This document shows, in pieces, positions 58,795 through 64,000 of a DNA stretch of 64,000 bases (its first letter is position 1; each line of letters starts with the position of its first letter). The DNA is taken from the NCBI RefSeq assembly GCF_009914755.1, contig NC_060926.1. One strand, 5' to 3'. This stretch comes from the human T2T-CHM13v2.0 reference genome, Homo sapiens. The notes under the pieces are model-generated. The model was not told where the DNA came from and did not search any database. It saw only the letters and a program-made list of their open reading frames with translations. Both the position numbers and the translations under genes were made by a program.

Positions 58795-61256
58795 TAAACA
58801 CACAAGGACAAGGAGAACTGTAAGGGGAAAAGGTCATATCTGAGGGCATTTGAAAACTGAACTGTTGCTGCTAATAATGATGATTATAATAAGGAGAATG
58901 ATGACAGCAGCCAATGGTTAACATTTACTGTTTTCTACATTGAACAAACTGCTCAAAATTATATATATAGTCATATAATCCTCATTTAATGGGAAAGATC
59001 TCCATGCAGTGGAGAATGCTGAACAGAACCTAGAGGAAACAGACTGCCAGAAAGGAAGGGAGAAGCCTTCCCAGGGAGGTGGAATAGAACACACACTTGT
59101 TGGGGCTGTACATTTTATCTGATTTGCTCTGTCAGTTTTAATAACCATTCTCTTCTTATTTAGTTTCAGACCAAAGAATAGACATGCCCAGTCTTCCTAA
59201 AACTCAGAACCTAAAAATATACTCTCACTGAAGGCTCAAACAGTATTTGCAGACAATGATAATGACATGCTTTTGAAGTTCAAGGTATCTTAGTTGAAGT
59301 GCCAATCTGAGCCTCTTTATAGTTTATGACCTTAAGAAAGTCATTTTTTAACCTTTCTGAATGTTGTCATTATTAGTCTCAAAGAGGAGAATGAGCTAAA
59401 TATACTATCAGAATGTCCTAAGTACCCACTACTCCACCTGCCACAAACTTACCCTCTCCTTGCCAAAAAAGCTAAAAAAACAAAATAACATCTCTCTCCC
59501 ACCCAAAAAAAACCCCCAAACCTAAAACCTTCAGGAAATGCCCACCCTAGCCGTAGAAATTAGCAGAAGTCAGCATGACCATACCAACAGGAACCAGGAT
59601 TGGTATCAAGACACTGCTCTTTCTCACTCTCAGAGTTTGAGAAGAGTCAAGCAAAATCTGTCTTGCTTCCTTTCCTAAAGAGGCCAAGCCAGATTCTCAC
59701 CTCAAACTGCATCAATCACTCCTGATGACAGACAGGGAGGTTCTGAACTTTCCCAGCCTTCAGATGGTGATACTAGCTACTATCTACAACATATATACAA
59801 AAGATCCCATTTGAACCTGAGAATTTCAGAACAAGAATACTGATCTAGAATTCTGTCAACATGGTCTCAGCGAGGTGGGCAATTTACTGAATTTCTAACT
59901 CCTTTTCACCCTCAGGAAAATCCTATTTTCCATGATGATGGAAAAATGGATGCATAAATAATACAAACTCACAAAATCCACTACATTCTGCCAAGAACTT
60001 CTTCATTCTGGGACACGTGACACCCACAGAGATTGTCTCTCCAGCTCTGGCTCTCCCAGAGCTGTGCAGCCTCACCTGCTCACTTACAGCTGGGCATGGC
60101 TAGACAGACTCTGTCATGATTCCCAGGGCTGGCTTCCTGAGCACACAACCCGTCCACTAGCACAGGGCCCCATGCTTAGAAGAGTTCTCACTTGGCTGTT
60201 GTTGTTGTCTTTAAATTCTTAATAATTAATCATCATTAATAACTGCTAACAAGTTACTTGGCATTTTCACTACATAGCTAGTCCTGGTGATGCCTGACTT
60301 GGAGGAGGCATTCAATTCACAGCAGCAACTAGTGAACTGTGGGGGCAGCCATCACACGCAGCCTAGGGCCAGAACTACTTCAATTTCCTTAGAAACAGAC
60401 TAGTTTTTATTTTTAGGAAGAAAAAACAAAACAAAACAAAAAAAAAAAACATAAGCAATTGCATGCAATTCCATTTGGAAACTAGAATAATTAAACCTAA
60501 TTTCCTGCTGGTTCTCTCTGGTACCCTAGAGGGCAGGCAAAGCCATCAGATGCTCACTTAGGGAAACGCCAGTGGCAATGCAGTTAGTTCCAGCCACCCT
60601 ACAAGGGTTGGGCTGTGAGGCAGAGCAGCACACAGGAGCCTCTCCCAACACAAAGGAAGCACAAGGAGACTTACTCACATCAAGGAATCAGTTACCCTGA
60701 GAAGAGAATGCGTGACATAAAAGGTTAATACCCAGTGACAAGCAAAAAATTCAATGGGGAGAAGCATGTCCTTGCACTTTTTTTTAAAGTAAAAACTAAG
60801 GATATAAAATAAGATTTTTTTTTTTTAAACGAGATGTTTTTAAGAAGTGACAAAACTACTTCTAAGTTCTTCATTTTCCTAGTTAGGACAATATTCACAG
60901 GAAATTGAAATTATTATTCTAACACTTAAAGTGAAATCACTGAAACTGTTTTCATTTACCTGAAGATTTTAACAAACAGGGGCATGCAGGACAGAGTACC
61001 TCAGCCTCTGTAAATGCCTGGAACACCCCAACTCCCAAAGGAAGGCAGAGCCAGGTGCACATTTCCAGAGAGGAATTGCAAAGGATGCCCACAGAAACAG
61101 GTAATTCATTACCAGAGAAAAGTCCCTGATGTTGGAAATCTCATGGCTGAAGGCAGAAACTCAATCGGGTAGAAGCTAGTCAAGTTAATCCAAATGAAGC
61201 AACTTAAATTAGCTTTTCTTTTAAAAGAGACACCTAGACTGGGTCCCACTCATTAC

Positions 61257-61357
61257 CTGCCATATTCCAAAAGTGTAGCATGGATTCGAGATTCTTCATC
61301 AAGTAGCTCCTCTGCTCCCTGGTGGCGTTTGTATTTCCGACAGGGCTTGTACACTTC
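61257..61357 (-). CDS. CCDC93: CCDC93 coding exon (~exon 7), 101 nt: [33 protein letters not shown]+AG
   Basis: Acceptor cacttag|GAA, donor GGCAG|gtaatg; phase 2 end fits the next exon. Confidence 0.94.
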
Positions 61358-61448
61358 CTAAGTGGATGAGACAGCCAAGTTACTGAGTGTGAGAAGGCTC
61401 TCCTCCTGAATTGGCTGCTGGATGCCTCCAGCCATGGGGTATATTCTC

Positions 61449-61546
61449 TTTTTTTTTTTTTTTTTTTTTTGAGACAGAGTCTCGCTCTGTCGCTCAGGCT
61501 GGAATGCAGTGGCGCGATCTCGGCTCACTGCCAACAGCTCTGCCTC
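61449..61546 (-). mobile_element. Very short 5'-truncated Alu (3' end of right arm, AluY-like)
   Basis: T22 then GAGACAGAGTCTCGCTCTGTCGC..CGGCTCACTG; TSD CCRTGGGGTATATT at 61432-61445 and 61549-61562. Confidence 0.87.
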
Positions 61547-63383
61547 TACCGTGGGGTATATTTTAAAATTATACACATGCACACATATATATCCTAAACG
61601 AAATACGTGGCATGTAGTAAGTGATCAATAAATGCAGGTCTTCAGCCCCAATGAAGTGGTCTGCCATGCTACCCCAAATCAATGTCCTTCTTGACTGCTA
61701 AGCTGGCTGTCAAATAATACCCTAGTAATATCTGCTCAGGTCTCCGGGTGCAGGTAGGCAGCTGCTATGCCAGCAAGGTATTCGGGCTGCTTGTCCCCAC
61801 ATCTCTCTTCTTCCCTACTACCCGGGTTTACTGCATCTAATCATTACCTGGATATCACCACAAAAAGCATTACTACCAGGTTTTACCAGATACTGGCATT
61901 TTATTTTAATTGGAATTGTTCCCCATGGATAATTCTGGTTAACTTTATTATTTTACTTTAGTATACAGTTTCGAGCATACAGAAAAACATTCTTTCTGTA
62001 ACACATACGATATAATCTCAAACAATTTTGTGGAAAAGGAAATGGATCAGGGCCTGAGATGATGCTAAAGGTTGTTCTTAGAAATTCCTGCCACAAATAT
62101 TCCCCAGTTTACTGCTGGTGTCTACACGAATAGGAAGCTATAAAAAACATAAAACAGACTTGCAGGGAGATGCAAAATATAATCAACCTACATGGTGTCA
62201 GTTACTGTGCCTGGTTTAGCTTCCACTGAGCTCTACTATTACAGCTTGAGCTTAACTGCTATTGTACTTAGTTACAATTGAAAGAGTCAGTAACCCAAGG
62301 CAAGAAATTGGATTCTTCTATTAAAAAAAAAAAAAAAAAAGGATTGACTCCAAAACAAGAGCATACTGACACCAACAGCTAAAAGGACCTTTTATTCCGC
62401 CAAACAATGACAATGTTGGCTTTTGTGAATTATTCCTTACATGTTAAAGTATAAATCTTCATATATATCTCACCTTTCTTTTACACTTTATAAACCACAC
62501 TGTGAAGTAGAGACAGGGCACATACCATCAACCTTACTTTACTATTGAGGAAGCAGACACTGAATAATTTGTCCAAGATCCCTGGGACACTACGCGGCCT
62601 AGCCCTAGGTAACCTGGTTTCTCATTTCAAGGCTTGTCCCTGACACTACCTTGCCCCAGGCTGCCACTCTAGCCACCCACCAGCCATTTCAGCTAGCCCT
62701 CTCACAAGACTCATTCTACAATCTGAAGCTAAGTAATGCAACCTAAATATCAGGGGTTTACAGGCCAACTATAAAGAGCTATTGCTAAGTCACCCTTTAA
62801 AGCAACAGGGTCAAGAATGCTGATGTCTAGCCCTATCTCTGCCACTAATCAGCTGCATGACCTTGAGAAAGGCAGTTCCCCTCAATGGGCCTCAGTTTCT
62901 GTATCTATAAAATGAAGTTGTACTAACAGATCTTGAAGGATGCTCCCAGGGTCTCTTCCTTTGTATTATTTTAATCCTGTAAAGATACTGGCTTGGTAAC
63001 ATAATTCCTTAAAAAATGTAGTCTGAGATTAATAAAAAATCTACCATGCTTTCCATGATGTGCTCTTAAAAAGGAATATAAAATCAATTTATCCTTCTGT
63101 CATTAATAGTGGTAGCAATTGTAATAGTTATCACTTATTGAATAGTAGGTATGTGCCAGGCACATTCTGCTGTATCTGTGCTGTCCATTTGATCCCCACA
63201 TCTGAGTGTAGTTATCCTTGTTATCTTTCTATAGACGAACTTAGGCACAAAGAGGTTAAAAAACTTGCTGATGGTGAAAAAGGCAGTAAGCGATAAAAAC
63301 AGGATGACTCCAGAACTGAGACACTTAAGCACTCTGCAAAATGTCTCATACCTGTACTTTCATCACCCTTTATCTAGGTTCTG

Positions 63384-63425
63384 ATACATATATATATATC
63401 AGATATATATATATATGATATATGT
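63384..63425. repeat. (TA)n-rich microsatellite
   Basis: Interrupted TA runs. Confidence 0.8.
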
Positions 63426-64000
63426 ATTTATTTTATTTTATTTTTTTGCAGATGCTAAAAGGCACACACACAGGGTTAAATATTAAGGTGACCCTTTTGT
63501 AAAGCAGAGAACTCTTACACTGTGAGAGTCAGAGCTCTACTTTGCATGTCTGGGTTACAAGTCAGGTTCACCTGTCAGAGTAATTACTCTAAGTTCACAT
63601 TCCTCAATGCAGGGAAGGGAGGTAGAACAGCACAGTACCATGGCAGTGTCTGCAGCAAATCCCTGATCGCTTCCCTCACAATTACCATAGACAACTTTTT
63701 TATTGAAATAATGGAGCAGGCAGTGAAACAGCCACCGCCAATCTGGCATTCTACACTCAAAAGCTCCTGTGGGCCAGCCCATGCCCAACTCAACAGGAAG
63801 CGATACTTTCCATTGACCTTAACAGTTCATCTTTGCAGCCCAAACCCAACTCCAACAGATCCATCTTACTTAGCCTATGTGTCCCGTCAGTAATTCTGCC
63901 TTTCACCTAAAGGGACCCCATAGATGTTTTCACCACCAAGTGCAATGTCCTGAAAGATCTCATAAGAAAAAGTTACTATAAATGGGACAAATAAGTGCTT

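Noticed and set aside
63380-63403. Palindrome TCTGATA...TATCAGA
   Set aside because: Largely explained by the self-complementary (TA)n microsatellite.

Overview
Primate (human-type) genomic DNA. The window lies inside a multi-exon, minus-strand gene that I recognise from its translated exons as CCDC93, a CCC/Commander endosomal recycling subunit. Seventeen consecutive coding exons (residues ~174-614; exons 7-23 by my count of the 24-exon model) were reconstructed by hand. All have GT-AG boundaries and a continuous reading frame. The first exons and the last exon lie outside the window. The introns hold ordinary primate repeats: a decayed L1PA3/4-like LINE-1 at 1-4600, a short L1PA2 3' end, nine Alus, several LTRs, hAT/Tigger MITEs, MIR and L2. 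I found no new multi-gene system. The best unexplained structures are two long non-Alu intronic inverted repeats (9428-9578 and 57422-57543) and several local templated direct or inverted duplications, one pair bracketing in-frame exon 11. Also notable are NAGNAG acceptors, inverted Alu pairs around exons, and a Cys codon at residue 179 where the protein I recall has Arg. Repeat subfamily calls and exon numbers come from recognition, not database searches.
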